A program made the translations under genes and the position numbers. From contig JBHJHE010000022.1 in NCBI GenBank assembly GCA_050331095.1, positions 84,829-148,828 on the forward strand: 64,000 nt of DNA. Reading direction: 5' to 3'. Shown piece after piece: positions 37,844 to 46,970 of this stretch (positions are counted from its first letter, which is position 1; every line of letters begins with the position of its first letter). Source of the DNA: Parvularculaceae bacterium. Lineage in GTDB: Bacteria; Pseudomonadota; Alphaproteobacteria; Caulobacterales; Parvularculaceae. Below the pieces are notes generated by a model that was not told the DNA's origin, did no database searches, and saw only the letters and a list, made by a program, of their open reading frames with translations.

Positions 37844-38660
37844 GCTCCGCGCCGGGGCACCGGTCGCGCGGCCGCCGGCCGATTTCGGCCGTCTTCGGAT
37901 CGAACCACATTTCTTCGAGATCGTCCCAGAACCCGGCGAGGTCCTGGATGATGATCCATTCGTTGAGCGCGTCGCGCAGGGCCGGCGTTTCTTTCGCCAT
38001 GGCGAACGCCTCGATCGTGCGGGTCAGCGGGAAATCGTGCGGGACGACGAATTTCGGGTTCTTCTCTTTCTTGAGAAGCTCCTGGTATGGCGAAAACATC
38101 ACCGCGCCGTCGACGTCGCTCGCCTTCAGGGCGTCGACGATCTCGGGAAACGATGAGTACGGCGTAAGATCCGATCCCGCGAAGTCGCCGCGCGCGACGT
38201 CGGCGGAAACGCCGCCCTCCTGGAAGCCGATCGAATAGCGCGTGCGGTTGAGGCCGCGCAGGGTTTTCGCGGCCTTCGCGACGTCGCGGCGCACGACGAC
38301 CACATACTCCGTATCATGATAGGGCAACGAGAAGTCGAGCGCGCGCCGGCGCGCCGGCGTGTTGGAGAAGCCGGACGCGATAATGTCGGCCTCGTCGTCG
38401 ACGATGGCGTCGACAAGCTCGCAGAAGGGCCGTTCGACGTATTCGACCTCGACGCCGAGGCGCACCGCGAGGGCCGACGTCGAATCGATCTCAAAGCCCG
38501 TATAGCTCCCGTCATCGCCTTTGACGACGAAGGGCGAGAGCGGCGAGACGGCGACCCGCAACACGCCGCGTTCCTGGATCTCGTCGAGGTCCGCAGCGCG
38601 GGCCCGATCGGCGCCGATCGTCGCCAGCAAAGCGAGGGCGGTGGTCAGCAGTCGGTTCAT
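37833..38660 (-). CDS. Family-3 solute-binding protein (periplasmic, orphan)
   Basis: Signal peptide. Motifs LDEIQERGVLRVAV, GFEIDSTSALAVRLGVEVEYV and ADIIASGFSNTPARR. There are no adjacent permease or ATPase genes. Confidence 0.8.
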   Translation of the reverse strand: MNRLLTTALALLATIGADRARAADLDEIQERGVLRVAVSPLSPFVVKGDDGSYTGFEIDSTSALAVRLGVEVEYVERPFCELVDAIVDDEADIIASGFSNTPARRRALDFSLPYHDTEYVVVVRRDVAKAAKTLRGLNRTRYSIGFQEGGVSADVARGDFAGSDLTPYSSFPEIVDALKASDVDGAVMFSPYQELLKKEKNPKFVVPHDFPLTRTIEAFAMAKETPALRDALNEWIIIQDLAGFWDDLEEMWFDPKTAEIGRRPRDRCPGAEPIG

Positions 38661-38742
38661 GTCGCGGGATCCCCTTTCTCGATTGACGCGATGAGCCTAC
38701 CGCGATTTCGCTAACGCGCCGAGACCGGAACCTTTTCAAATG

Positions 38743-40848
38743 TCACTCGCCGGCCGCCTCCGCGGGCGTGGCGTCCTTTTTTTCGTAGCGGGCGAACCAG
38801 GCGAGCGTGTGTTCGACTTTGCCGATGAGCCGTGATGGCCGCCCGGCGATGCCGTGGCTCGAGCCCGGCACTCGCACGAGCGCCGTGTCGACGCCGCGCA
38901 AGGTGAGCGCTTGGTAAAATTGCTCGGACTCGGTGATCGGCGTGCGGTAGTCTTCTTCGCCCGTCATTAACAATGTCGGCGTCGTGACGTTCCCGGCGAG
39001 CGAGAGGGGCGAGCGCGCCCAGTAGTGATCGAACGCTTCCCATGGCAGGCCCGGGAACTGGTGGCGGCTCTGATATACATAGCTGTCGGCGGTGAGCACC
39101 TTGCTCGTCCAGTTGATGATCGGCTTTGCGGCGACGGCGGCGTTGAACCGGTCCGTAAGCCCCACAAGGTAGGCGGTGGCGACGCCGCCGGCCGAGCCGC
39201 CCGCGACGAAGAGATTGTCCGCATCGATAAAGTCGTTCTCCAGCATGGCGTCGACGCCGGACATGTGATCCCCGAAGTCGTCTTTGCTCGGATATTTATG
39301 CTGGAGCAGGAGGCCGAACCGCTCGCCATAGGACGACGAGCCGCGATGATTGTCGTAGAAGACGACGTAGCCCTCGGCGGCGTAGCGCTGGATCTCCAGG
39401 GAGAAATGGGGCCCGTAGGCGGCGTGGGGGCCGCCGTGGATCTCGAGGATCAGGGGGTGCTTCCGTGACGGATCGAAGTTGGGCGGCGTTACGTACCAGC
39501 CCTGGATCTCTTCGCCGTCGACGTCGGACGCGTAGGTGATCTCCGTCACGTCGCCGAGGCGTTTGCCGCCAAGGGCGTCCTCGTTGAGCTCGGTGACCCG
39601 GCGCGCCGCGCCGTCCTTGGCGACGCCTACGTCGGCGGGGCGCGCCGGGTCCGCGACCGTGTAGGCGATGGTCCCGTTCGCGGCGACGGTGTAGTCGCCG
39701 CTGGTGTACGGACGGCCCACGGTGACGCCGCCGACGCCGCGCACGACGGCGCGCCGCTCGCCCTCAAGGTCCGTATAGCCCACATAGCGCTCGCCGCGGT
39801 CGTCGTAGAGGAAATAGAGCCCGCTTCCGTCGCCCGCCCATTCGGGACGCGCGACCGAGCGGTCGAAGTCCGCCGTCAGCGGGCGGTCGTTCGCGCCGTC
39901 GCGGTCGATGAGGCGAAGGCGGTCGATCCAGTAGGCGACGGGCTCGTTCGGCGATTTGACGTAGGCGATCGTTTCGCCGTCGGGCGAGATCGTCGGTTGC
40001 GTCTCCGCGCCGGGCGCGTCGGTGATTTGGGTCAGCTTTCCGGCGAGATCGACGGCGAAGAGATCCGCCTCGATCGTTTCGAGCGCCCAGTTGTCATGGC
40101 GGTTCGCGGCGAAGACGACGCTCGTTCCATCAGGCGTCCAGGCGAGGGGGCCGTCATGGTTGAAATCGCCAGACGTTAACTGGCGGGGCGCGCCGCCGTC
40201 GGACGGAACGACGAAGACATGCGCGCGCGCCGGCTCGATGAAGCCCTGGCCGTCGCGGCGGAAGATCGGCGCTTCGATGACTTTGAAGGGTTCGGACCAT
40301 TCCGCGTCCTCGGGCTTGTCGACGCCGAGTTTCGCCATCGGCTCGACCTCAAGGGGCGCGTCCATCACGAACGCGATCCGGGTTCCGTCGGGCGACCAGG
40401 CGAGGGCGCGCGGCGCTTTCGTCAGGTTCGTGACGTGCGCCGTCGCGCCGGTCTCGGCCCAGTAAACGTAGATCTGCGGCGCGCCGCCCTCGCCCGCCTC
40501 GACGCCGGAGACGTAGGCGAGGCGCGTCCCGTCGGGCGACCAGCGCGGTTCGACGAAGTCGGCGCGGGACGAAGCGACCGGCCGGTGGTTCGAGCCGTCC
40601 GCGTCGACGAGCCAGATATTGCTCCGCGCCTTGTCGGTCATCACGTCGTGCGACTTGCGCACGTAGGCGATGCGCGACCCGTCAGGCGAGATCCGCGTTT
40701 CGGCCGCGTACTCGATCTCGAAAACGTCCGCCGACGTCAGGGCGTTCACGTCGTCCTCGGCGGCGATGGACGCGGGAACGCCAAAAAGCGTCGCCAGCGC
40801 GGCGCAAAGCGGGGCCGCGAAGCGGCGTCGCATAGTGTTGAAAGGCAT
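38743..40848 (-). CDS. S9 family peptidase with N-terminal beta-propeller (acylaminoacyl-peptidase/DPP-like)
   Basis: ATG 40848 follows GGAGG. Signal peptide present. Repeated SPDG..IAY propeller motifs. FVAGGSAGGVATAY (Ser) and VPGSSHGI (His). The ORF-track extension to 41214 is a shadow. Confidence 0.9.
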   Translation of the reverse strand: MPFNTMRRRFAAPLCAALATLFGVPASIAAEDDVNALTSADVFEIEYAAETRISPDGSRIAYVRKSHDVMTDKARSNIWLVDADGSNHRPVASSRADFVEPRWSPDGTRLAYVSGVEAGEGGAPQIYVYWAETGATAHVTNLTKAPRALAWSPDGTRIAFVMDAPLEVEPMAKLGVDKPEDAEWSEPFKVIEAPIFRRDGQGFIEPARAHVFVVPSDGGAPRQLTSGDFNHDGPLAWTPDGTSVVFAANRHDNWALETIEADLFAVDLAGKLTQITDAPGAETQPTISPDGETIAYVKSPNEPVAYWIDRLRLIDRDGANDRPLTADFDRSVARPEWAGDGSGLYFLYDDRGERYVGYTDLEGERRAVVRGVGGVTVGRPYTSGDYTVAANGTIAYTVADPARPADVGVAKDGAARRVTELNEDALGGKRLGDVTEITYASDVDGEEIQGWYVTPPNFDPSRKHPLILEIHGGPHAAYGPHFSLEIQRYAAEGYVVFYDNHRGSSSYGERFGLLLQHKYPSKDDFGDHMSGVDAMLENDFIDADNLFVAGGSAGGVATAYLVGLTDRFNAAVAAKPIINWTSKVLTADSYVYQSRHQFPGLPWEAFDHYWARSPLSLAGNVTTPTLLMTGEEDYRTPITESEQFYQALTLRGVDTALVRVPGSSHGIAGRPSRLIGKVEHTLAWFARYEKKDATPAEAAGE

Positions 40849-40869
40849 AAGGTCCTCCAAAGGCGCGCT

Positions 40870-41520
40870 ATGGCGTCGCTGCGGAGTGAAGAGCCCGCGC
40901 CGGCGCATTGCAAGCGGCCGTCCCGATGGAGATCCGCGTTGTCGGAAGATTTTTCGAACGGCTATGACGCGATCGCCGACGAGTTCATCTCCGTCCGGTT
41001 GACGTCGGGACGCGATCTGGTCGCGGCATGGGCGGCGTCGTTGCCGCGCGGCGGCGCGGTCGTGGACGTGGGCGCCGGGTCGGGCGCGCCGCTGACGGCG
41101 GCGTTGATCGACGCCGGGTTGACGGCGTTCGCCATCGACGCGTCGCCGAAAATGGCCGCGGCGTTTCGACGGCGGTTCCCCGACGTCGAGGTCGCCTGCG
41201 AGCCCGCGGAGCACAGTCGCTTCTTCGACCGGACGTTCGACGCGGCGCTCGCGGTGGGCCTCGTCTTCCTGCTGCCGCCCGACGGCCAGCGGACGTTGCT
41301 CCGCCGCGTCGCCGAGGCGCTGAGGCCCGGCGGCCGCCTTCTGTTTTCAGCGCCCCGCCAGGTCTGCGCCTGGCGGGATAGTTTGACGGGCCGGCCGTCC
41401 TCGTCGCTGGGCGCGGACGAATACGCGTGCGTGCTCGCGGAAGCGGACGTCAGCGTCGTCGACGAGCGCGCTGACGAGGGCGGGACGCACTACTTCGACG
41501 CGCGCAAGTCCGCCGGCTGA
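40870..41520 (+). CDS. Class I SAM-dependent methyltransferase
   Basis: Internal ATG 40870 of ORF 40219-41520. Motifs VVDVGAGSGAPLTAALIDAG and LRPGGRLLFS. Confidence 0.8.
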   Translation: MASLRSEEPAPAHCKRPSRWRSALSEDFSNGYDAIADEFISVRLTSGRDLVAAWAASLPRGGAVVDVGAGSGAPLTAALIDAGLTAFAIDASPKMAAAFRRRFPDVEVACEPAEHSRFFDRTFDAALAVGLVFLLPPDGQRTLLRRVAEALRPGGRLLFSAPRQVCAWRDSLTGRPSSSLGADEYACVLAEADVSVVDERADEGGTHYFDARKSAG

Positions 41521-41541
41521 CGTCGTTCGCGGCCGCTGCGG

Positions 41542-42540
41542 TCACGTCTCGAACGGATAGCGCAAACCCCACGCCGCGCGCATGTCGTCGATCAGCGCCA
41601 TCGTCGCGATCGTCTCGTCGAGGGGCATCGCGGCGCTTTCAACTTGTCCGGCGCGGACGGCGTCTCGCACCTCCTCCACCTGATGGACGAAGCCGTTCTC
41701 GTCGTTCTCCACCGTGAAAGTCTCGCGGCTTTCGATCCGGCCGCCCTCGCCATAACGATGGACCGTGTGGGTCTGGCCCGCCTGGAAGTCCGGAAAGTCT
41801 ATGCGGCCGGCGGTCCCGTAAAGCGTCGCGCGCGCCGCCATGGGCAAGGCGAAGCTGACGGCGATATTGGCGAGCGCGCCCGAGGGATATCTGAACTGGT
41901 AGACCGCGGTTTCGTCGACGCCGGTGGGCGCCGGCGCGCTGAACGAGCCGGCGTCGCTCGGAACCGCGCCGAGCAAGAAGTTCGCGAACGTGATCGGGTA
42001 GACGCCGAGGTCAAGGCTCGCCCCGCCGGCGCGCGCGGGGTCGAGCAGCCGGCCTTGAAACTGCGGTGGCGGCACGGGGCCGAAGACAATGTCGAGGAAG
42101 CGCAACTCGCCGATCGCGCCCCTGGCGACCGCATCGCGCAAAGCGACGATGCTCGGCAAATAGCGCACCCACATCGCCTCCATGAGAAAGAGGCGGCGCG
42201 CGCGGGCGAGGTCGGCGAGGGCCCGGGCCTGACCCGCGTTGACGGTGAACGGCTTTTCGACGAGCGCGTGCTTGCCCGCGTCGAGCGCCAGGCGGGCGTT
42301 GTCGAAATGCATGTCGTGCGTAGTCGCGACATAGACGACGTCGACGTCGGCGCGCGCGACGAGGGCCTCGTAGGTCGCGGCGGCGTCGATCCCCCACTTG
42401 TCGGCGAACGCTTCGCCCTTGCCGGGCGTGTTCGAAGCGACCGCGACGAGCCGGCAGCCGTCCGTCCGGCCGACGGCGTCCACGAGCTTGTGGGCGATGA
42501 TCCCGGCGCCAAGAACGCCCCATCGCAGGTCGTCAACCAT
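41542..42540 (-). CDS. Gfo/Idh/MocA family oxidoreductase
   Basis: LRWGVLGAGIIAHKLVDAV (Rossmann fold) and GKHALVEKPF. Confidence 0.9.
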   Translation of the reverse strand: MVDDLRWGVLGAGIIAHKLVDAVGRTDGCRLVAVASNTPGKGEAFADKWGIDAAATYEALVARADVDVVYVATTHDMHFDNARLALDAGKHALVEKPFTVNAGQARALADLARARRLFLMEAMWVRYLPSIVALRDAVARGAIGELRFLDIVFGPVPPPQFQGRLLDPARAGGASLDLGVYPITFANFLLGAVPSDAGSFSAPAPTGVDETAVYQFRYPSGALANIAVSFALPMAARATLYGTAGRIDFPDFQAGQTHTVHRYGEGGRIESRETFTVENDENGFVHQVEEVRDAVRAGQVESAAMPLDETIATMALIDDMRAAWGLRYPFET

Positions 42541-42781
42541 TGAAGCTCCCCCCTCGCTCGGCGCCGGGGAGCCATGATTGACCCCGCCGCTTGCGATCGC
42601 TATCCCCCGCGCTCACTTTCTCGAATGCGGGCCCGACAGCGGGTCGACGCGTTCACCGACACGACCCCCGCATCGGTTCGGCGCGGGACGAGGTCGGGGA
42701 CGACCGCCGCCGGGGTAACGCCCTCGCGGCGGTAAAGCGCGTTCGCCCGGCGCGCGCAGACGGGAAACGAGGAGCGAGGCG

Positions 42782-44365
42782 ATGTTCGAAAGCTTGAGCG
42801 ACCGGCTCGGCGGGATCTTCGAAAAACTCAAGGGCCGCGGCGCGCTCGAGGAGAAGGACGTCGCGGAGGCCCTGCGCGAGGTGCGCGTCGCCCTCCTTGA
42901 GGCGGATGTGGCGCTGCCCGTGGCGAAGGGCTTCGTCTCGAAGGTCAAAGAGCGCGCGGTTGGCCAGGAGGTGTTGAAGTCCGTCACGCCCGGCCAGCAG
43001 GTGATCAAGATCGTCCACGACGCCCTTGTGGACATGCTGGGCGGCGAAGACCCGGACGCGGGGACCCTGAACCTCGCAATGTCGCCGCCGGCGCCGATCC
43101 TAATGGTCGGCCTCCAAGGCTCGGGCAAGACGACGTCGACGGCGAAGATCGCCCTGCGCCTGAAGACCCGGGACAACAAAAAGGTCCTGATGGCTTCGCT
43201 CGACACGCGCCGGCCCGCGGCGATGGAGCAACTCGCGACGCTCGGGGCTCAAGCCGAGGTCGATACGCTGCCCATCGTCGCCGGCCAGACGCCGGCCCAG
43301 ATCGCCGGCCGCGCGATGGAGGCCGCGCGCCTCGGCGGCTACGACGTCGTCATGCTCGACACGGCGGGCCGGCTCTCGATCGACGAGCAGCTGATGGCCG
43401 AGGTCGCGGAGATCCACCGCGCGACGAAGCCCATCGAGACCCTTCTCGTCGTCGACGCCCTCACCGGCCAGGACGCCGTTCAGACGGCGGAGCGCTTTAG
43501 GGAGCGCCTGCCCGTCACCGGCGTCGTCATGACGCGGCTCGACGGCGACGGGCGCGGCGGCGCGGCGTTGTCGATGCGCGCGGTCACCGGCGCGCCGATC
43601 AAGTTCGCCGGCGTCGGCGAGAAGATCGACGGGCTCGACGCGTTCGATCCGGCGCGCATGGCCGGGCGCATTCTCGGCATGGGCGACATCGTCTCCCTCG
43701 TCGAGAAAGCCGCCGAGGAGGTGGACGAAGCCGAGGCGAAGCGCCAGGCGAAACGTCTCGCCAAGGGCGAATTCGACCTCGACGACCTCGCCCAACAGTT
43801 CAAGCAGATGCGCAATATGGGCGGCATGGGCGCGATCCTCGGCCTCCTGCCCGGCATGGGCAAAGCGAAGAAGATGCTCGATCAGGCGGGCGGTCTCGAT
43901 GACGGGGAGATTGTCCGTCAGGAGGCGATTATCGGCTCCATGACGCGGGCCGAGCGCAAGAAACCGGCGCTCATGAACGCCTCAAGAAAGAAGCGCGTCG
44001 CCGCGGGGTCCGGAACGTCCGTGCAGGATGTGAACAAGCTTCTGAAGGCCCACCGTCAGATGGCGGACATGATGAAGAAGCTCGGCAAGGGCGGCATGAA
44101 GAAAATGGCCGCCCAGATGGCGGGCATGGGCGGTATGGGCGGCGGCGGCATGATGGACCCCGCGATGGCGGGCGCCCTCGGCGGCCCCGGCGACGCAAGC
44201 AAGCTGGACAAGCTCCGCGGCAAGAAGAAAAAAGGCGCGGGGCCCGCGGACGAGGTTGATTTCGACGCGCTTGAAAAGGCTCTCGCCGGCCAGGGAGCCC
44301 TGCCGCCGGGCTTCGGCGGACCGGGGCCGATGGGCGGCGTTCCCGGAATGGGGAAGAAGAAGTGA
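42782..44365 (+). CDS. ffh: Signal recognition particle protein Ffh
   Basis: MFESLSDRLGGIFEKL, GLQGSGKTT, DTAGR, TRLDGDGRGGAALS and a Met-rich M domain. Confidence 0.97.
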   Translation: MFESLSDRLGGIFEKLKGRGALEEKDVAEALREVRVALLEADVALPVAKGFVSKVKERAVGQEVLKSVTPGQQVIKIVHDALVDMLGGEDPDAGTLNLAMSPPAPILMVGLQGSGKTTSTAKIALRLKTRDNKKVLMASLDTRRPAAMEQLATLGAQAEVDTLPIVAGQTPAQIAGRAMEAARLGGYDVVMLDTAGRLSIDEQLMAEVAEIHRATKPIETLLVVDALTGQDAVQTAERFRERLPVTGVVMTRLDGDGRGGAALSMRAVTGAPIKFAGVGEKIDGLDAFDPARMAGRILGMGDIVSLVEKAAEEVDEAEAKRQAKRLAKGEFDLDDLAQQFKQMRNMGGMGAILGLLPGMGKAKKMLDQAGGLDDGEIVRQEAIIGSMTRAERKKPALMNASRKKRVAAGSGTSVQDVNKLLKAHRQMADMMKKLGKGGMKKMAAQMAGMGGMGGGGMMDPAMAGALGGPGDASKLDKLRGKKKKGAGPADEVDFDALEKALAGQGALPPGFGGPGPMGGVPGMGKKK

Positions 44366-44451
44366 TCCTCCGTGTACGTCATATAGGCCGCGCTGCGCCG
44401 ACGGCGAACGCGAAAATCTCTCAACTGACGAACTGAAGGAAGAAACTGAAA

Positions 44452-44880
44452 ATGGCTCTCAAAATCCGGCTAGCCCGCGGCGGCGCCAAAAAACGTCCCT
44501 ACTACTCGATCGTCGTCGCCGATTCGCGCATGCCGCGAGACGGCCGCTTCATCGAAAAGATCGGCGCTTACAACCCGCTCCTTGCGAAGGACGACGAGAA
44601 GCGCGTTCAGTTCGACCCCGAGCGGGCGAAGCACTGGCTCGACCGCGGCGCCCAGCCGACGGACCGCGTCGCGCGCTTTCTCTCCGCTCAGGAGCTTGTG
44701 AAGTGGGAGCGCTCGAACAACCCGCAAAAAGCCGAGCCCGGCCAGAAGGCGAAGGAACGCGCCCAGGAGCGCGCCGACAAGGAGGAGGCGGCGAAAGCGG
44801 CCGCCGCAGAGGCCGCGGCCGCGCCCGCTGAAGCCGCCGAGGCCCCCGCTGAAGAAGCGCCGGCCGAAGAAACCGCCTGA
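44452..44880 (+). CDS. rpsP: 30S ribosomal protein S16 with an Ala/Glu-rich C-terminal extension
   Basis: [43 protein letters not shown]. Confidence 0.95.
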   Translation: MALKIRLARGGAKKRPYYSIVVADSRMPRDGRFIEKIGAYNPLLAKDDEKRVQFDPERAKHWLDRGAQPTDRVARFLSAQELVKWERSNNPQKAEPGQKAKERAQERADKEEAAKAAAAEAAAAPAEAAEAPAEEAPAEETA

Positions 44881-44984
44881 GAAAGCCTGTCCGGCAATTA
44901 ATCCAATCCCCGGACGGGGTTCGGAACGTATCAACGTCGAATGCGTTATCGCTGACGCGTAACTGGCTGCTTGGAGCGCACGAC

Positions 44985-45167
44985 ATGACCAAACTTAAGT
45001 TACTCGCCCTTGCGATGATCGGCCTTTTCAGCGCCGGCTCGCTCTCCGGTTGCGTGATCGCGGCGGCCGCCGGCGCCGGCGCTCTCGCTGCGGATGAAAT
45101 CTCGGAGACCGACGGCAAGTTCGACCCGCTCGAACGCGTTCGCGGCAAGGACGACGGCGACAACTAA
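44985..45167 (+). CDS. Small putative lipoprotein (60 aa)
   Basis: GGAG upstream. Lipobox LSGC in MTKLKLLALAMIGLFSAGSLSGC. Acidic tail. Confidence 0.5.
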   Translation: MTKLKLLALAMIGLFSAGSLSGCVIAAAAGAGALAADEISETDGKFDPLERVRGKDDGDN

Positions 45168-45236
45168 GGCGTCGTCGCTTCGTTCGCGCGGGTCGAAATC
45201 GCCGTCGATCGCGCGGCGCGAACCTGGAGCGGATCC

Positions 45237-46814
45237 ATCCTCGTAAGCACCCTGCGCCACGCGCGCCCGCTCGTTTTCTGGCCGCCGGCGATCGTTCTCG
45301 TCGCGGCCGTCGCGGCGAGCCTCATCGATTTCGATGGGTTCCTCGCCGCCGCCACCGCGTTGAACGACGCGCTGCTGTCCGTATTCGGCGCCGGGTTCGC
45401 GCTGTTGCCGTTCGCGGCGGTCGTCCTTATCGCGACGGTCGTCGTCTCACCCCTCGGCGCGGTCCGTATCGGCGGGCCGTCGGCGCAGCCATTATTGCCG
45501 CGTTGGAACTGGTTCGCCATCACGCTTTGCACCACGATCGCCACCGGCATCCTGTTCTGGGGCACCGCCGAGCCGATATTTCACATCAGCGATCCGCCAG
45601 CCTTTTCGAGCGCCGAAGCCGGCACGCCCGAAGCGGCGCGCTTCGCGCTGTCGACCATGTTTTTCCATTGGTCGATTACGCCGTACGCGATCTATGCGGC
45701 GTCGGCGCTCGCCTTCGCCCTCGCCTACTATAATCTCGGCGGATCCTATTCCTTGAGCGCGCCTTTCGCGGTCGCCCTTGGTCGAAGCCCGAAGCGTGGC
45801 GGGACATCGGGCGCCGCGGCGGCGGCGCTTGACGCGGCGGCGCTGTTTTCGCTCGTCGCGGGCGTCGCCGCCTCGCTCGGCGCGGGCGTCTTGACGCTTG
45901 TCGGCGGCCTCGAGGCGACGTTCGGCCTCGGCGACAGCGCCTGGAGCCGGCTTGCGATTACCCTTGCGATCGTCGCCGCCTACGTCGTCTCGTCAGCGAC
46001 CGGCCTTCAGCGCGGCATCCGCATTCTGTCCGACGTCAATGTGCGCCTATTCTTTGCGCTCGCCCTTTTCGTGTTCGTCGCCGGGCCGACGGTGGAGCTG
46101 TTGCGCATGGGCGGGGCCGCGGTCGCCGACTATGTCCGCGAGTTTCCGGCGCGCAGCGTCTTTCTCGGTGGCGACGCGGATCAGGGCTGGGTGCGAGCGT
46201 GGACGTCGTTCAACTTCGCCAACTGGGCCGCCTGGGCGCCGATCACCGCGCTGTTCCTGGGACGGATCGCCCGCGGCTACACCGTGCGCGAATTCGTCCT
46301 GTTCAATGTGGGCTTTCCGGCGCTTTTCGGGGTCGTCTGGATGACGGTGTTCGCCGGCGCGGCCTTGTCGATCGACCAGTCGAGCGGCGGCGACCTCACG
46401 CGCGCGCTTCAAGAGCGCGGCCCTGAAGCGATTATCTACGGCGTTTTCGATACATTGCCGCTGACGGCGGTTCTCGCGCCGGTCTTCCTGATCGTGACGT
46501 TCGTTTCGTTCACGACGGCGATGGATTCCAACACCCACTCGATCGCCGGCGTGTGCCTGGACGACGGCGGGCGCGCGGACGCGCGCGATGGAAGCGACGA
46601 CGCCGAGGAAGAAAAAGAACGCGCCGGCCTCAACATCAAAATCTTCTGGGGCGTCCTCATCGGCGCCGTCGCCTGGATCATGACGTCCACGATCGGCGTC
46701 GCCGGCGTCAAAATGCTCTCCAACCTCGGTGGCGCGCCCGGCATGCTCGTGCTGCTGGGGAGCCGCGTCGCGCTCGCCCGGCTGATGGCGATGCGTCTGC
46801 GCGGCGTTCTCTAA
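45237..46814 (+). CDS. BCCT family transporter (start codon unresolved)
   Basis: WNWFAITLCTTIATGILFWGTAEPIFH and FFHWSITPYAIY are BCCT signatures. The first TM (RPLVFWPPAIVLVAAVAASL) is encoded upstream of the track's TTG at 45360. The only SD-preceded candidate is ATC 45237 (GGAG 45226-45229). Confidence 0.8.
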   Translation: MLVSTLRHARPLVFWPPAIVLVAAVAASLIDFDGFLAAATALNDALLSVFGAGFALLPFAAVVLIATVVVSPLGAVRIGGPSAQPLLPRWNWFAITLCTTIATGILFWGTAEPIFHISDPPAFSSAEAGTPEAARFALSTMFFHWSITPYAIYAASALAFALAYYNLGGSYSLSAPFAVALGRSPKRGGTSGAAAAALDAAALFSLVAGVAASLGAGVLTLVGGLEATFGLGDSAWSRLAITLAIVAAYVVSSATGLQRGIRILSDVNVRLFFALALFVFVAGPTVELLRMGGAAVADYVREFPARSVFLGGDADQGWVRAWTSFNFANWAAWAPITALFLGRIARGYTVREFVLFNVGFPALFGVVWMTVFAGAALSIDQSSGGDLTRALQERGPEAIIYGVFDTLPLTAVLAPVFLIVTFVSFTTAMDSNTHSIAGVCLDDGGRADARDGSDDAEEEKERAGLNIKIFWGVLIGAVAWIMTSTIGVAGVKMLSNLGGAPGMLVLLGSRVALARLMAMRLRGVL

Positions 46815-46970
46815 AGCATCCTGTCTAAGGTTTTTGACCGGCCGAAGCTGAACGCCCGGCGCACTAGAGCATTCCGTTTTTTGATTGAATCAGTCGGATG
46901 CTCTAGATTCTAGGGTTTGAGCGCCTGAGACGATCTTCGCCCGATCCAGGATGAACGCCGGGCGCTCTAG
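46811..46970 (+). repeat. CTAG-ended repeat, copy C: degenerate half-unit (46811-46867) plus full 107-bp unit (46864-46970)
   Basis: The full unit is near-identical to 4732-4838. It fills the whole gap between the convergent BCCT gene (TAA 46812-46814) and yhhQ (TAG, complement of 46967-46969). Confidence 0.8.

Noticed and set aside
44985-46814. Reading the 60-aa lipoprotein ORF and the BCCT gene as one protein interrupted by TAA 45165-45167 (same frame).
   Set aside because: A lipoprotein signal peptide fused to the cytoplasmic N-terminus of a BCCT transporter makes no topological sense. Sharing a frame has a one-in-three chance.
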